From Alphaproteobacteria bacterium (lineage in GTDB: Bacteria; Pseudomonadota; Alphaproteobacteria; UBA828), in the NCBI GenBank assembly GCA_965237415.1, contig CBDEFM010000001.1:608001-672000 (forward strand): a DNA stretch of 64,000 bases. Direction: 5' to 3'. The notes beneath the pieces are model-generated. The model saw nothing but the letters and a program-made list of their open reading frames with translations. It was not told where the DNA came from and ran no database searches. The position numbers were made by a program, and so were the translations under genes. Below are positions 39,272 to 49,480 of this stretch, in pieces. The stretch's first letter is position 1. Each line of letters begins with the position of its first letter.

Positions 39272-40153
39272 TTAGCGATTGAGGGTGCGTTTCCAATCCC
39301 GTCGCAGAGGCCGGAGCCAGACATCCTTCTTCGGCTTGTCATACTGCCTGTCCCGGTCGTAGCGCCCGCGTCCTTGGGTGGCTCCGACATGGATCCAGCC
39401 CGATGCCCTGTAGACCGCGCCGGTATATCGCGGGGTTTCGACGAAAGTCTCGATGAGCACCGGCGTGGTCTTGTAGCGCTCGGTCCAGTCGTCGGGCAGG
39501 CGCCGGCGGATGAGGGCGAGGATGTGCGAACCCAGGTTGGGGATCTCGATCCAGGGCAGGATCAGGAACCTCGGGTTGTCGACCACGAAGGGAAGGTTCT
39601 TCTCGCGCTTCTGCCGTGTCCATCCGATGAAGTTGTCGCGCGGGGCGAGCTTCCACGCGGCGGTGGAGAAGCCGAGCATGGCGAGTGGCCAGCCGTTTCG
39701 GTCCTGGACGGCATAGCGCATCTGGGCGCCGACCAGGGTCTTGTACCCGAGATAGTGGTAGCGGGCGACGAACTCGTTCCAGAGCTTGCCCTCGCGGGTC
39801 TCGCGCACGACGGTCCGCAGATCGAGCGGGCGGACCTCGTCGAGGGTTGTGGGGGCCGGGAACAGCGGCGGCTCGGTATCCGGGCCGAAGACGACCGGCT
39901 TTGGCCGGTGCTGCCGGCCCCTGGGCGGCGGCAGGACGATGAGGCCGTCGCGGTGCTTGGCCAGCATGGCGACCCTGGCCATCATGTCCTTGAGGCCGCC
40001 GTCGGGCTTGAACCAGGCGATGCGCCGGCAGAACTCTCTCGACAGCCCGGCGCGGGTCGGCTGCGGATCGACAGCGATCAGCGCGCGCAGCAGCGCCATT
40101 TCCCCGGCGGTGAAGTCGCGCCCGTAATAGCGGCACTCGACCTGGCCGATCAT
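39272..40153 (-). CDS. DUF4338 (DruA-like) domain protein
   Basis: YHYLGY..LVGAQMRY, AAWKLAPRD.FIGW, N.RFLILPW, NLGSHIL, ETFVE...G..YRASGW..VG.TQGRG. Confidence 0.88.
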   Translation of the reverse strand: MIGQVECRYYGRDFTAGEMALLRALIAVDPQPTRAGLSREFCRRIAWFKPDGGLKDMMARVAMLAKHRDGLIVLPPPRGRQHRPKPVVFGPDTEPPLFPAPTTLDEVRPLDLRTVVRETREGKLWNEFVARYHYLGYKTLVGAQMRYAVQDRNGWPLAMLGFSTAAWKLAPRDNFIGWTRQKREKNLPFVVDNPRFLILPWIEIPNLGSHILALIRRRLPDDWTERYKTTPVLIETFVETPRYTGAVYRASGWIHVGATQGRGRYDRDRQYDKPKKDVWLRPLRRDWKRTLNR

Positions 40154-40439
40154 CCCGCTGCCATGAAGCTGTCCTGCGCTCCTCGCTCATCGACCATGGC
40201 AGCCACGGCGACAGGTCGTCCGGCGGCCGGCCGGCATTCTTGGCGCATGTTTCCAGCCACGCCTCCAGCCAGCGCAGGACGGCGATGCCGTTCAAGGCGA
40301 GGGTGCCGATCGTCGAGTACATCATCGCCGTGAACCTGGCGCCGTCCTCGCTGTCGGAGCCGAAGGACAGGCGTCTTCCGATGACCGGCCCTCTGAGGGC
40401 GCGCTCGGCCGCGTTGTTATCGGGCATGTTGAGCACGAC

Positions 40440-40635
40440 GCTTGGATTCCGATCAGCGACTCGCCAGACGTTGTGGTACGAGCGCACGTCGGGACAGGGG
40501 CGTCGGAGTGCGAAGAACGGGCAGGCCGAATGGATGATGAGCTGCGAGCTCGTGTTGTTATCTGGCCGCCCCTGCGACCAGCCCGGCTGCGCTGCGAGCG
40601 CGAATCCGTAGATGTCGCACGTGCCCGTGCACTCC
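40440..40635 (+). ncRNA. Predicted IS110 bridge RNA (transcript boundaries approximate)
   Basis: Ordered guide matches GTTGTTATC (40554-62), CGCTG (40590-94), ATCCGTA (40604-10), TGCCC (40622-26) to target GTTGT-TA-TC-CAGCG and donor ATCCG-TA-TC-GGGCA, within plausible stem-loops. Confidence 0.8.
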
Positions 40636-41727
40636 CTCTGCAACTGGAAGGGAGGATCCCATGCGTGTGATCGGACTGGATGTCCACCGCAGCTTCGCCC
40701 AGGTGGTGGTGCTGGAGGGAACCGAGATCGTCAAGGAAAAGCGCCTGGACCTGGAGCATGACGCTGTCGTCAAGTTCGGCCGCAGCCTCAGATCGGATGA
40801 TGAAGTCGTTCTCGAGGCGACGGGCAACACTGCGGCGATCGTCCGGCTGTTGAAACCCTTCGTCGCGAGAGTGGTGATCGCCAATGCACTCCAGGTACGC
40901 GCCATCGCCCATGCCCGGGTGAAGACCGACAAGGTCGACGCCGCCATCCTGGCGAAGCTGCATGCATCGGGCTTCTTGCCCGAGGTCTGGTCGGCGGACG
41001 ACGAGACCATCGCCCTGCGCCGCCTTGTGTCCGAGCGGGCGGCGCTGGTCCGGTCGATACGACGGAGCAAGAGCAGGGTGCAGGCCGTGCTCCACGCCAA
41101 TCTGGTTCCCAAGTATGCCGGTCACCTCTTTGGCAAGGACGGGCGCCGTTGGCTGTCTGAGGTTCCGCTCCCCGACGGCGAGAGAGCCCTGCTTGCACGC
41201 CAACTGGACCAGCTCGATTGGCTGAACGGCCCTCTCATGGTGCTGGACCGCAAGCTTGCGCGGACGGCGCTCGATGACAAACGGGCGCGTAAGCTGATGA
41301 CGGTCGCGGGGATCAGCTCGGTCGTCGCCACGGCGGTGCTGGCGTCGATCGGGGACATCTCCCGCTTCGACAGCTCCGAGAAGCTGGCGAGCTACTTCGG
41401 ACTGACACCGCGCGTGCGACAATCCGGCAATCGGCCGGCCTTCCACGGAAAGATCTCTAAACACGGGAACGCGACGGCGCGAACCATGCTGATCGAAGCC
41501 GCGTGGGTGGCCGCATCCGTTCCCGGACCGCTGCGCGCCTTCTTCCTCCGCGTCAAGGCGAAGAAGGGGATGAACGTGGCCGCGGTGGCGACAGCGCGGA
41601 AGATCGCGGTTCTGATCTGGCATCTGCTGACCAAGGACAAGCCCTACGAATGGGCCCGGCCCGCCTTCGTCGCCATGAAGATGCGCAAGCTCGAGTTGAA
41701 AGCGGGTGCGCCGCGGGCCTATGGAAA

Positions 41728-42752
41728 GGCTCAATTAGTGATTCGTATGCGTCATCGTGTTACGGCGGCGGCGAGGCAGGCCCGGTCATTGGCGCCGGGG
41801 GCGAGGCCGACGAGGTGGAACCAGCTCAGGTAGTTGTCCAGATAGCGGGTGGCGATGCCGCGGCGGGGGCGCAGGAAGTCCTTCAACCTACTGTGGCGGC
41901 TGTTCACCGTCTGCACATGCAGATCGCCCCGAACCCGTTCCCCCATCGAGCGGTTGAGTGCTTCGTGGCTCACCCCGAGCGCGGCGGCGCAAGGTGGGTA
42001 GCTCGCGCCGCCGTCGGAGACCAGCAGGGCGTCCTTCGCGACCACCGGATCGAGGGCAGCCGCGAGCGCCGCCGCATCGACCCTGGGCAGCACAGTGCTG
42101 ACCGTCGTTCCGCTGCGGTTCGCCGCCATGAGAACCGGCACCTGCTCGCGCGAGAGGCCGCGCTTCTTCGCCTTGCCGCCCCGCCGCCGTGCCTTGCGTC
42201 CCAGCCCGCGCGCACCCTTCCGGCTCTCCAGGACGTAGGTCTCGTCCGCTTCCACGATCCCCTTGAGCACCTCCGAATCGCTCCGCGCCGCCGCCAGAAA
42301 CCGGTGACGCCAGCGGAACGCCGTGCTCACCGCCACGTCGCAGCGCGCCGCCGAGGCCTTCACCGTCTCCCCCTTCGCCAGCGACGCCCCGAACGACAGC
42401 CAGCGTTCCTTGTGGTGCAAGCCCGACAGCGGCGTACCGCTCAGCGCGTTGAAGGTCCTGCCGCAGCCCTTGCACTGGTAGCGCCGCAGACCCCGCGCCA
42501 TACCGCGCGAAACCGCCCCCTCGCTCGCGCAGTGCGGACAGCGCCGGGCCTCGTCCACACCAAGCTCGATCGCGGCCTTCGATGCCTCGCCTTCGCTCCG
42601 GCCCGACAGCACCGCGAGCGCCTCGCGCCGCTGCGCGCGCGTCAGCCCGCGCGCCGCCGAAAACCACACCTGGAAACCTTTGACGTCCATAATCCAACCT
42701 CCTGACGTTCCAGGCATTCTATCGCAAATACATACGATTCGCGAATTGAGCC
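41728..42752 (-). mobile_element. Complete IS1595-family element nested in IS110
   Basis: 22-bp imperfect TIRs GGCTCAATT..G.GA.TCGTATG; 8-bp TSD TATGGAAA (41720-27 / 42753-60). Confidence 0.95.
41752..42690 (-). CDS. IS1595-family transposase
   Basis: CPHC..CKGC, IVEADETY, LVSDG, HVQTVNSRHSRLK, GIATRYL..YL.W. Confidence 0.93.
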   Translation of the reverse strand: MDVKGFQVWFSAARGLTRAQRREALAVLSGRSEGEASKAAIELGVDEARRCPHCASEGAVSRGMARGLRRYQCKGCGRTFNALSGTPLSGLHHKERWLSFGASLAKGETVKASAARCDVAVSTAFRWRHRFLAAARSDSEVLKGIVEADETYVLESRKGARGLGRKARRRGGKAKKRGLSREQVPVLMAANRSGTTVSTVLPRVDAAALAAALDPVVAKDALLVSDGGASYPPCAAALGVSHEALNRSMGERVRGDLHVQTVNSRHSRLKDFLRPRRGIATRYLDNYLSWFHLVGLAPGANDRACLAAAVTR

Positions 42753-43313
42753 TATGGAAAAGCCGGACCCGGGCGGGACTACTGGATCAAGGAGATCCGT
42801 CATCGGGAGCTGGAACTGGTCGGCTACGCTGAAGCCGCCTACGCCAAAATGGCGGAGAACTGGCAGCCGAGACCTCCCACCGCCGCAAAAAACTGACACG
42901 AGAGCAACTTTGGGCTGTTCAACAACATCCGTATCCAGCGGCACCTGGGGGCGGTCGACGAACACGCACAGCCCTTCGCGATGGTTCAGCAGCGAGCGCA
43001 GCGCCTTGCCCTCGCGCGCCTGGTCGGACAGGCCGGCGAACTCCTGTTCGGCCTGCGCGAACAGGCCGTCGAGTGCCTCCTTCAGCGTTCCCTGCGCCGC
43101 ATCGAACGCCGGCGTCTGGCGCTCAAGCCCGGGGTCGTAATGCTCCAGCCGCGCCTCGTTCAGGCGGTAGAGCAACGCGATCCGCTCGATCCATCCCTGG
43201 CGCCAGTCCGTCAGTCTCACCTGGCCGGCCGCGCACTCGATAAAATAGCGGCGCATATGGGACCAACAGAATGCAAGGGTCAAGCATCTGGTGCTGTGCC
43301 GGGTCGAGAAGCG

Positions 43314-45204
43314 TATAGCGCGACGATCAAGATGAGACTCCGTATTGCCTCATTCTTGGATGTTCCCGAGCTTCGAGGTGCTTGCCTCACGTCGATGTTC
43401 CCCAAGGTCACGGCTTCGCTTCACTTGTCACGGCTGTGTCCCCAGGCGTGGTGCTGGAGTTCTGGCAGCGTCGGCAGCTGTGGGTAACCGGCTTGCCGCA
43501 GCGACCTCCATGAGTCTGGCGGCGGCGAGCCGGTTATCCACAGCGGTGGCCAAGGCAAGATCGGCCTTGTCGGCTGGTGCCGGTACCACGGTGTCGGATT
43601 GGCTCGCTCCAAACACCAGGTCGTGGGCTTGCTCCTGGCGCCAGACCTGCACGCGGCGTTGCAGCGTACGCAGAAGATTGTCGGGATAACGGTCGGGATG
43701 CTTTGCCTGTAGTTGTTCGAGCAGTTGACGGCTCGTTCGCCACGGCTCGGCTTCGAACCATTCCCGCAACTGCTCGGTGACGTCAGCCAGGGGATCGGGC
43801 CTGCGGCGGCCCCGTTTCGGCTTTGCAGCGGGCCGCGCCGTCGGCCGCACATCACCATCCTTCCATGCCGTTCGCAGCCCGGCGAGAAACTCGTCGATCG
43901 GCGGCACACCGGCCGGCGCCGATTGAACCGCCACGGGCCGGTCGGCAAGATCGACCAGACGCTGTTGCGCCCGTCTCATATCCCTCAACAGGCGGATCGG
44001 ATCCAGGGTCGCGAACGGCGCGCTCACTTCGTCGCGAACGCTTTGCGGTGTGCGCTGATCCGCGAGCAGGCGTTGAAAGGGCGTTGCCGGAGGATGGTAG
44101 CGTTTACACACGTGGGCGCCGTCGCGCGTCTTGCTGGCGAGCTTGAATGAGGGCTGGAAGAAATTCACGAACAATCTCACTGTGGCGTAAAGCTGCGACA
44201 GTGCAGCCACGGCCTCCGGGCCCTCCAGGCGGCGATAGCCCACGATGCGGCGAACGATCGCGCCGTTCTTCTGCTCGACAAAGGCCTGATCGTTCTTGCG
44301 CCAGGGGCGGCAACGCGTGAACTCGATGCCGGCGTCGCGGCAATAGTCCCGCACCGTTTCGTTCATGAACACGCTGTCATTGTCGGTGTCGAACCCGAGC
44401 AGGTCGAACGGCAGGAGCCTGCGGACGGCCGTCAAGACCGCGCTCACGAGCGTGCGCTCGCGGAACAGCAAGGGAGCGCACTCCGTCCATCCCGTGGCGA
44501 TATCGGTGAGTACCAGCGTCTGGACAAAGCTCCCGCGCGTCACCGGGCCGCTGTGAGCCACCAGATCGGCCTCGGCGAACCCTGGCGGCGGATCCTGCCA
44601 GTCAGCATAGGTGCGCACCGGAATACTCCGCCGCACCGATGACGATGCGAGCGAAGATCTTCGGCGCCGCCCGCCGGCCTGCTCTCGTATGCTGCGAAGT
44701 GACCGGTCGATCGTCGCCGCACTCATGGTCAGCAAGCGGCATCGGACATCGTCGGCGAGCTCAAGATGACCATGCCGTTCCATGGCTTCGACGAGAGTGG
44801 GAAGCAGCGGCTTCAGGCGCTTCCCGCAAATGCGGTCCGACGCTTCCCACAACACAACCAGTGCCTCGCGCACCGCATCGTCGTAAAGCCGCCGGCCAGC
44901 TCGCAAGGCTGCCGCTGGGCGCGACGACGAGCCGCCTCGCAGCAATCGCATCACGTGCTTCCGGTGATAGCCCGTCACCGCCACGAATTCATCCAGAATG
45001 CGCGTCTTCTCCTCGCGTCCGCTCTCGCCATACCGCCGTGACAGCGCTGCCACAAGTTCATCCCGTGTCGCCATGCTCACCCTCCTCATACCCAAAGCCC
45101 CCGATCCATTCCCCTCGGGAGCATTTCAGATGAGGCAACGAGTCGCTCAAAAGGAGCAAATCAGGCGAGGCAATGCGGAGTCTCATCTTGATCGTCGCGC
45201 CGCA
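43314..45204 (-). mobile_element. Complete rve-type (IS481/ISNCY-like) insertion sequence
   Basis: 34-bp IR with 1 mismatch (43318-43351 / 45167-45200); 5-bp TSD AAGCG (43309-13 / 45205-09). Confidence 0.9.
43428..45095 (-). CDS. Integrase-core (DDE) transposase
   Basis: EADLVAH, TDIATGW, DTDNDSVF, RPWRKNDQAFVEQKN. Confidence 0.92.
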   Translation of the reverse strand: MGMRRVSMATRDELVAALSRRYGESGREEKTRILDEFVAVTGYHRKHVMRLLRGGSSSRPAAALRAGRRLYDDAVREALVVLWEASDRICGKRLKPLLPTLVEAMERHGHLELADDVRCRLLTMSAATIDRSLRSIREQAGGRRRRSSLASSSVRRSIPVRTYADWQDPPPGFAEADLVAHSGPVTRGSFVQTLVLTDIATGWTECAPLLFRERTLVSAVLTAVRRLLPFDLLGFDTDNDSVFMNETVRDYCRDAGIEFTRCRPWRKNDQAFVEQKNGAIVRRIVGYRRLEGPEAVAALSQLYATVRLFVNFFQPSFKLASKTRDGAHVCKRYHPPATPFQRLLADQRTPQSVRDEVSAPFATLDPIRLLRDMRRAQQRLVDLADRPVAVQSAPAGVPPIDEFLAGLRTAWKDGDVRPTARPAAKPKRGRRRPDPLADVTEQLREWFEAEPWRTSRQLLEQLQAKHPDRYPDNLLRTLQRRVQVWRQEQAHDLVFGASQSDTVVPAPADKADLALATAVDNRLAAARLMEVAAASRLPTAADAARTPAPRLGTQP

Positions 45205-45257
45205 AAGCGCCCGCCGAAGCTCGACCTCGACGTCTACCCGTATCTGCCAAAGGCCAC

Positions 45258-46416
45258 CGTGCCGCAGCCGAGACGGCGCGAGGAGATACGGAGGTTCCGC
45301 CAGGACCCTGACTGCCGCCTGTTCCTGTCCTCCGAGGCCGGCGGCGTTGGGCTCAACCTCCAGATTGCCGACACGGTGATCAACATGGACCAGCCTTGGA
45401 ACCCGGCCAAGCTCGACCAGCGGATCGCTCGGGCGTGGCGCAAGCATCAGCATCGCACGGTCAGGGTTTTCAACCTGGTGAGCGAGGGCACGATCGAGCA
45501 CCGGATGCTGGGGCTTCTGGAGGCGAAGCGGACCTTGGCCGAGGGCGTGCTCGACCGGCGCGGCGACCTCGCCAATATCCCGCTTCCCACGGGCAGAACG
45601 GCCTTCATGCAACGCTTGAAGGCCGTTCTTGGCCCGGACCAGACGACGAAGCCCGACGAGGCCGCCGCGCAGCCGGTGTCCCCGCGTGAGGCTCTGCGCG
45701 ACCGGCTTATCGCCGATCATGGAACTGTGCTGCAACGGATCCTGGGTCATGAGGACGGAACGGCGATCCTGGCGGTGATCGACCTTCCGCCCGGGCGGAT
45801 TGGCGCGGAGGAAGAGCGTCTGGCGGGGCTGACGGAACTCGCCGTCACGGTGATCGATCCCGCAACCCATGAGTCGATGTTGCGGCTGGCTCGATCGGGG
45901 CTGATTGCTTCGCCGACGGAAACGATGGAAGACATCTATCCCGAGCCGGGGGATCGGGAACGCGAGGACGAACGGGTGGGGCTGCTCCGAGCCCGGGCAC
46001 TCGCGGATCGTGCGAATCACAAGCTCAAGGCTGCGCAGCTACTGGCTGGCGGAGGATTCGGCGAGGAAGCACGCGCACCGGCCCTCGACGCGATCCGCCT
46101 GACTGCTGGCTGCCTGGCGGCATCGACAATGGAAGCGGAACCCGAAGACATGGATCAAGCCGCCGTCTTCCTGGCCAAATGGGAACCCGTCGAAGAAGCC
46201 GACGGTGTCGCGCTCAACGCGGTGCGGGCACTCTCCGGCGACACGACGGAACCGGATATTGTCGAGACTGCCGCTGTTTTCCTCGATGACGTGTCAAAGC
46301 GGATCTTCAGAAACGGTGGGGATGCGCTCGGCACATTGAAGCCGGTCCCTTCGCAGGGCGTCGATCACGCGTATCCCCAGTTGTCAGCCGAGGACAGGGT
46401 ATCTGACAGAGGCTAA
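45258..46416 (+). pseudogene. C-terminal part of a SNF2-family helicase
   Basis: FLSSEAGGVGLNLQ.ADTVINMDQPWNPA..DQRIARAWR, GTIEH; N-terminal part missing. Confidence 0.88.
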
Positions 46417-46693
46417 ACGCCGAACGGTAACACGACACAGCCGGCAAGTAGGCACGAGAGCGCGGTGGGAACAAGAAGTGGGAACTTCGCCATCGCAAGC
46501 GCCGGTCTCGGTGGTTGCATGGGCTTGCAACAGCCGAGACAGCCATTTGCTGACGACTTCAATCTGATCCCCGCAATCCTCTACACGGCACGCAGTACGT
46601 TACCGCAGGGAGCGTGGCTGCCGCGCTCGATGCATCGTGGTCTCGGACGGCCTTGAGCACGAGCGCCCCGTCGGTGGCGGCCACAAGGGACTC

Positions 46694-46783
46694 ACGCGTC
46701 GATCACGACAGGCTGCCTGGTTTAGGGACGGCGACTGGGAACGCGTCGATCACGACAGGCTGCCTGGTTTAGGGACGGCGACT
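46694..46783. repeat. Perfect 43-bp near-tandem duplication of the iolG 3' end
   Basis: ACGCGTCGATCACGACAGGCTGCCTGGTTTAGGGACGGCGACT at 46694-46736 and 46741-46783. Confidence 0.92.
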
Positions 46784-47766
46784 CTTCGACCGGTCTTGAG
46801 GGATTGGACGGCGGCATCAGCTATGGCGAGAGCTGCAAGACCGTCGGTGCCATCCGAATAGGCAACCTCCCTACCCCTGATGAGGTCGCAGAACGCCTCG
46901 ATTTCGAGCCGATAGGCGTCGACATAACGATCCATGAAGAAGTCGCGGAGCGGGTCGGTGGCGAACCCCGCCGCACCGGCCCGCGCGACCGTCGTGGCCA
47001 CGGGATTTCCGGCCGAGACCATGCCAAGGGAGCCGTGCACCTCGACCCGCTGGTCGTAGCCATAGGTGGCCCGGCGGGAGTTCGAGATCGCGGCGAGTCT
47101 TCCACCCTGCGAGCGCAGCATGACGGCTGCTGTATCGACATCGCCGGCGGCACCGATGGCCTCGTCGATGAGCACCGAGCCTGTCGCGGCGACCTCGACG
47201 ATTTCTTCGCTGATCAGGAACCGGGCCATGTCGAAGTCGTGGATCATCATGTCTCGAAACAACCCGCCGGAGCGTTCGACAAAGCCGATCGGCGGTGGCA
47301 CCGGATCGCGCGAGGTGATCTGCACCAGCTCGATATCGCCGATGTCCCCGCTGTCGATCACGTCGCGCAGGCACCGGAACGACGGGTCGAAGCGACGCTG
47401 GAAGCCGATCATCAATGGAACACCGCATCCTTCCGCCACGGCCACACTCCGTTGCGCCCGGGCGAGGTCGAGGGCGACCGGTTTCTCACAGAAAATGGGC
47501 TTGGCCGCTCGAGCCGCCCTCTCGATCTGATCGGCGTGCAGGTCTGTGGGCGTCGCGATCATCACGCCCTGGATGGCCGGATCGTCCAACACCTCATCGG
47601 CCGAGGCGACGCGTGCGCCGGTCAGCCGGGCGACGGTCGCGGCGGCGGCTTCGTCGGGGTCGGCGACGGCAACCAGTCGCGCATCCTCGATCCCCGCGAG
47701 CGAGCGAGCGTGAACGCGGCCGATCCGGCCGGCGCCGAGGAGCCCTAGCGCGACAGGGCCGCTCAC
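46750..47766 (-). CDS. iolG: myo-inositol 2-dehydrogenase
   Basis: GAGRIG, CEKP, GFQRRFD, SRDP, GGLFRDMMIHDFD, YGYDQRVEVHG. Confidence 0.93.
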   Translation of the reverse strand: MSGPVALGLLGAGRIGRVHARSLAGIEDARLVAVADPDEAAAATVARLTGARVASADEVLDDPAIQGVMIATPTDLHADQIERAARAAKPIFCEKPVALDLARAQRSVAVAEGCGVPLMIGFQRRFDPSFRCLRDVIDSGDIGDIELVQITSRDPVPPPIGFVERSGGLFRDMMIHDFDMARFLISEEIVEVAATGSVLIDEAIGAAGDVDTAAVMLRSQGGRLAAISNSRRATYGYDQRVEVHGSLGMVSAGNPVATTVARAGAAGFATDPLRDFFMDRYVDAYRLEIEAFCDLIRGREVAYSDGTDGLAALAIADAAVQSLKTGRRVAVPKPGSLS

Positions 47767-48575
47767 GACCCGGCGTCCCGACGATAGATCCAGTCGTGAT
47801 CGGGATGGTTCCTGAAGCGCCACTGGCGCTTCGGGCCGGCCATGACGTTGAGGTAGTACATGTCGTAGCCGTAAGGCGCGCCGCACGGGTGGTGGCCGCG
47901 CGGCACGAGAACGGTGTCGCCGTCGGAGACCGCCATCGTCTCGTCCAGGTCTCCGTCCTCAGTGAAGACGCGTTGGATGCCGAACCCCTGCGGCGGGTCG
48001 ATGCGGTGATAATAGGTCTCCTCCAGATAGGTCATCTCCTTGCCCTCGTCGGCATCGTGCCGATGGGGTGGATAGCTCGACCAATTGCCCTGGGGCGTGA
48101 ACACCTCGGTGATCAGAAGGCTGTCGGCGATATCTGCGTCGTCCATGGCGATGGGGTGGATATAGCGCGTGTTGGCGCCCTTGCCGCGCTCCAGCAGGGG
48201 GATACCGGCCGGATCGATGGCCGCCGCTGCGTGTCCGCCAGCTCCCGGCGCCGAGCAGACCGCGATGGTGCAGTCCGTCTCCGCCCGAGCGGACCATGAG
48301 CTTCCGTTGGGCACGTAGACGGCATGGGGCTTCTTCCGCTCGAAGACACATATGCGTTCGCCCTGGAGGCCGAAATCGACGTCCGGCGTCGCCAGATGGG
48401 CCTTTCCCTCGACCATGACCAGGATCACCTCGCGACTGCCGGTCTCCTCGCCGGCCGTCTCGCCGGCCTCGAGCGCGTAGACGGCGAACCCGACATAGCG
48501 CCAACCGGCGTCTTCCGGCGTGATATCGATAATCTTGCCTGTCGAGCCCGAGGGTTTTCGCAAGAGACTGGTCAA
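47763..48575 (-). CDS. iolB: 5-deoxy-glucuronate isomerase
   Basis: [29 protein letters not shown]; TTG start overlapping the iolE stop. Confidence 0.95.
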   Translation of the reverse strand: MTSLLRKPSGSTGKIIDITPEDAGWRYVGFAVYALEAGETAGEETGSREVILVMVEGKAHLATPDVDFGLQGERICVFERKKPHAVYVPNGSSWSARAETDCTIAVCSAPGAGGHAAAAIDPAGIPLLERGKGANTRYIHPIAMDDADIADSLLITEVFTPQGNWSSYPPHRHDADEGKEMTYLEETYYHRIDPPQGFGIQRVFTEDGDLDETMAVSDGDTVLVPRGHHPCGAPYGYDMYYLNVMAGPKRQWRFRNHPDHDWIYRRDAGS

Positions 48576-49480
48576 TTTGCGTGCTCCTTGTCCAAACCGG
48601 CTTCCCGCGCCATCGCGCGAAGCGTCTTCAGTGCCAATGTCTGGTAGACGACCGGGTCGCGTGCCGCCGGGTCCTGCTCGGCCTCGGTGATGAGCCAACC
48701 GGAGTAGCCGTGCCGGGCGGCTATGCGCAGGACAGCCGGGAAGTCGACGCAGCCTTCGTCGTCTCCCGGCACCGTGAACACGCCGAGCTTGACTGCCTTG
48801 AGGAACGACAGGTCCTCGGCCATCGCCTTCCGGCGAATTGCGGGGCGCACGTTCTTCGCGTGAATGTGGACGATACGATCCATGTATCGCTCGGCCAGCG
48901 CTGCCGGATCGGCACCGGCGAACGCGGCGTGCCCGGTGTCGAGCAGAAGCCATGTGCTGGGGCCGGCGTGCGCCATGAACGCCTCGATGTCCGCCCCGCT
49001 CTCGACCACGGTTCCCATATGGTGATGGTAGGCGAGGCGGATGCCGTGACCCGTGCAGTGTGCGGCGATCGCCTCCACGTCCGCGCAGAACGCGGGCCAG
49101 CGGGAGGGATCGAGCGTCGGTCGGTCAGAGAGCGGCGCGTCGAGTGCGCCGTGAACGGCGCCGGTCGTTTCGCAGGCGATGCAGGCCGAACACCCCAGCG
49201 CCTTCAGCACTTCGAGATGCGGCTCCATCTCCGCGATCTCGTCCGCGACGGATCGTTCGAGCAGTCTCAAGGAATGCCAGCCTGAGACGTAGTCCAGCCC
49301 GTAGGTGCCAAGCACCGCCTTCAGCGCCCCAGCATCGGCGGGGAACTTGTGACCCTTCTCAATCCCGTCGAAGCCGATCCGGCTGGCATCTCTCAGACAC
49401 TGTTCGAGCGGGATGTCGCCGCCGAGGCTCCGGTCGTCGTCGTTCGACCAGGCGATGGGGTTGGTGCCGTAGCGGATCAT
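48572..49480 (-). CDS. iolE: myo-inosose-2 dehydratase
   Basis: [29 protein letters not shown]. Confidence 0.95.
   Translation of the reverse strand: MIRYGTNPIAWSNDDDRSLGGDIPLEQCLRDASRIGFDGIEKGHKFPADAGALKAVLGTYGLDYVSGWHSLRLLERSVADEIAEMEPHLEVLKALGCSACIACETTGAVHGALDAPLSDRPTLDPSRWPAFCADVEAIAAHCTGHGIRLAYHHHMGTVVESGADIEAFMAHAGPSTWLLLDTGHAAFAGADPAALAERYMDRIVHIHAKNVRPAIRRKAMAEDLSFLKAVKLGVFTVPGDDEGCVDFPAVLRIAARHGYSGWLITEAEQDPAARDPVVYQTLALKTLRAMAREAGLDKEHAN

Larger units (their letters stand above)
40661..42896 (+). pseudogene. IS110-family DEDD recombinase, interrupted near the C-terminus by IS1595
   Basis: IGLDVH, LEATG, KTDKVDA, GLTPRVRQSG, ISKHG. The frame resumes after the TSD as YGKAGPGRDYWIKE...KN* (stop 42894-96). 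Confidence 0.92.
40422..42931 (+). mobile_element. IS110-family element inserted in the IS66 transposase gene
   Basis: Shared TATC at both junctions (40418-40421 / 42932-42935); imperfect subterminal IR TGTTGAGCA / TGTTCAACA; about 240-bp left non-coding end. Confidence 0.92.
39213..43283 (-). mobile_element. Partial IS66-family element carrying a DUF4338 gene, interrupted by IS110
   Basis: IS66-type terminus GTAAGCGTTCG at 39213. TnpC halves 42932-43283 (CWSHMRR...QVPLD) and 40150-40421 (NNAAERALR...LPW) rejoin in frame as PLDNNAAER. Confidence 0.88.
43282..45257 (+). pseudogene. Tiny IS21-family IstA C-terminal remnant split by the 43314-45204 element
   Basis: Removing the insert rejoins KHLVLCRVEKR-PPKLDLDVYPYLPKA. 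Confidence 0.7.

Noticed and set aside
39272-40153. Druantia defence system
   Set aside because: No other dru genes are present; the ORF lies inside an IS66 terminus. The helicase fragment at 45258 is SNF2-type, truncated and unlinked.
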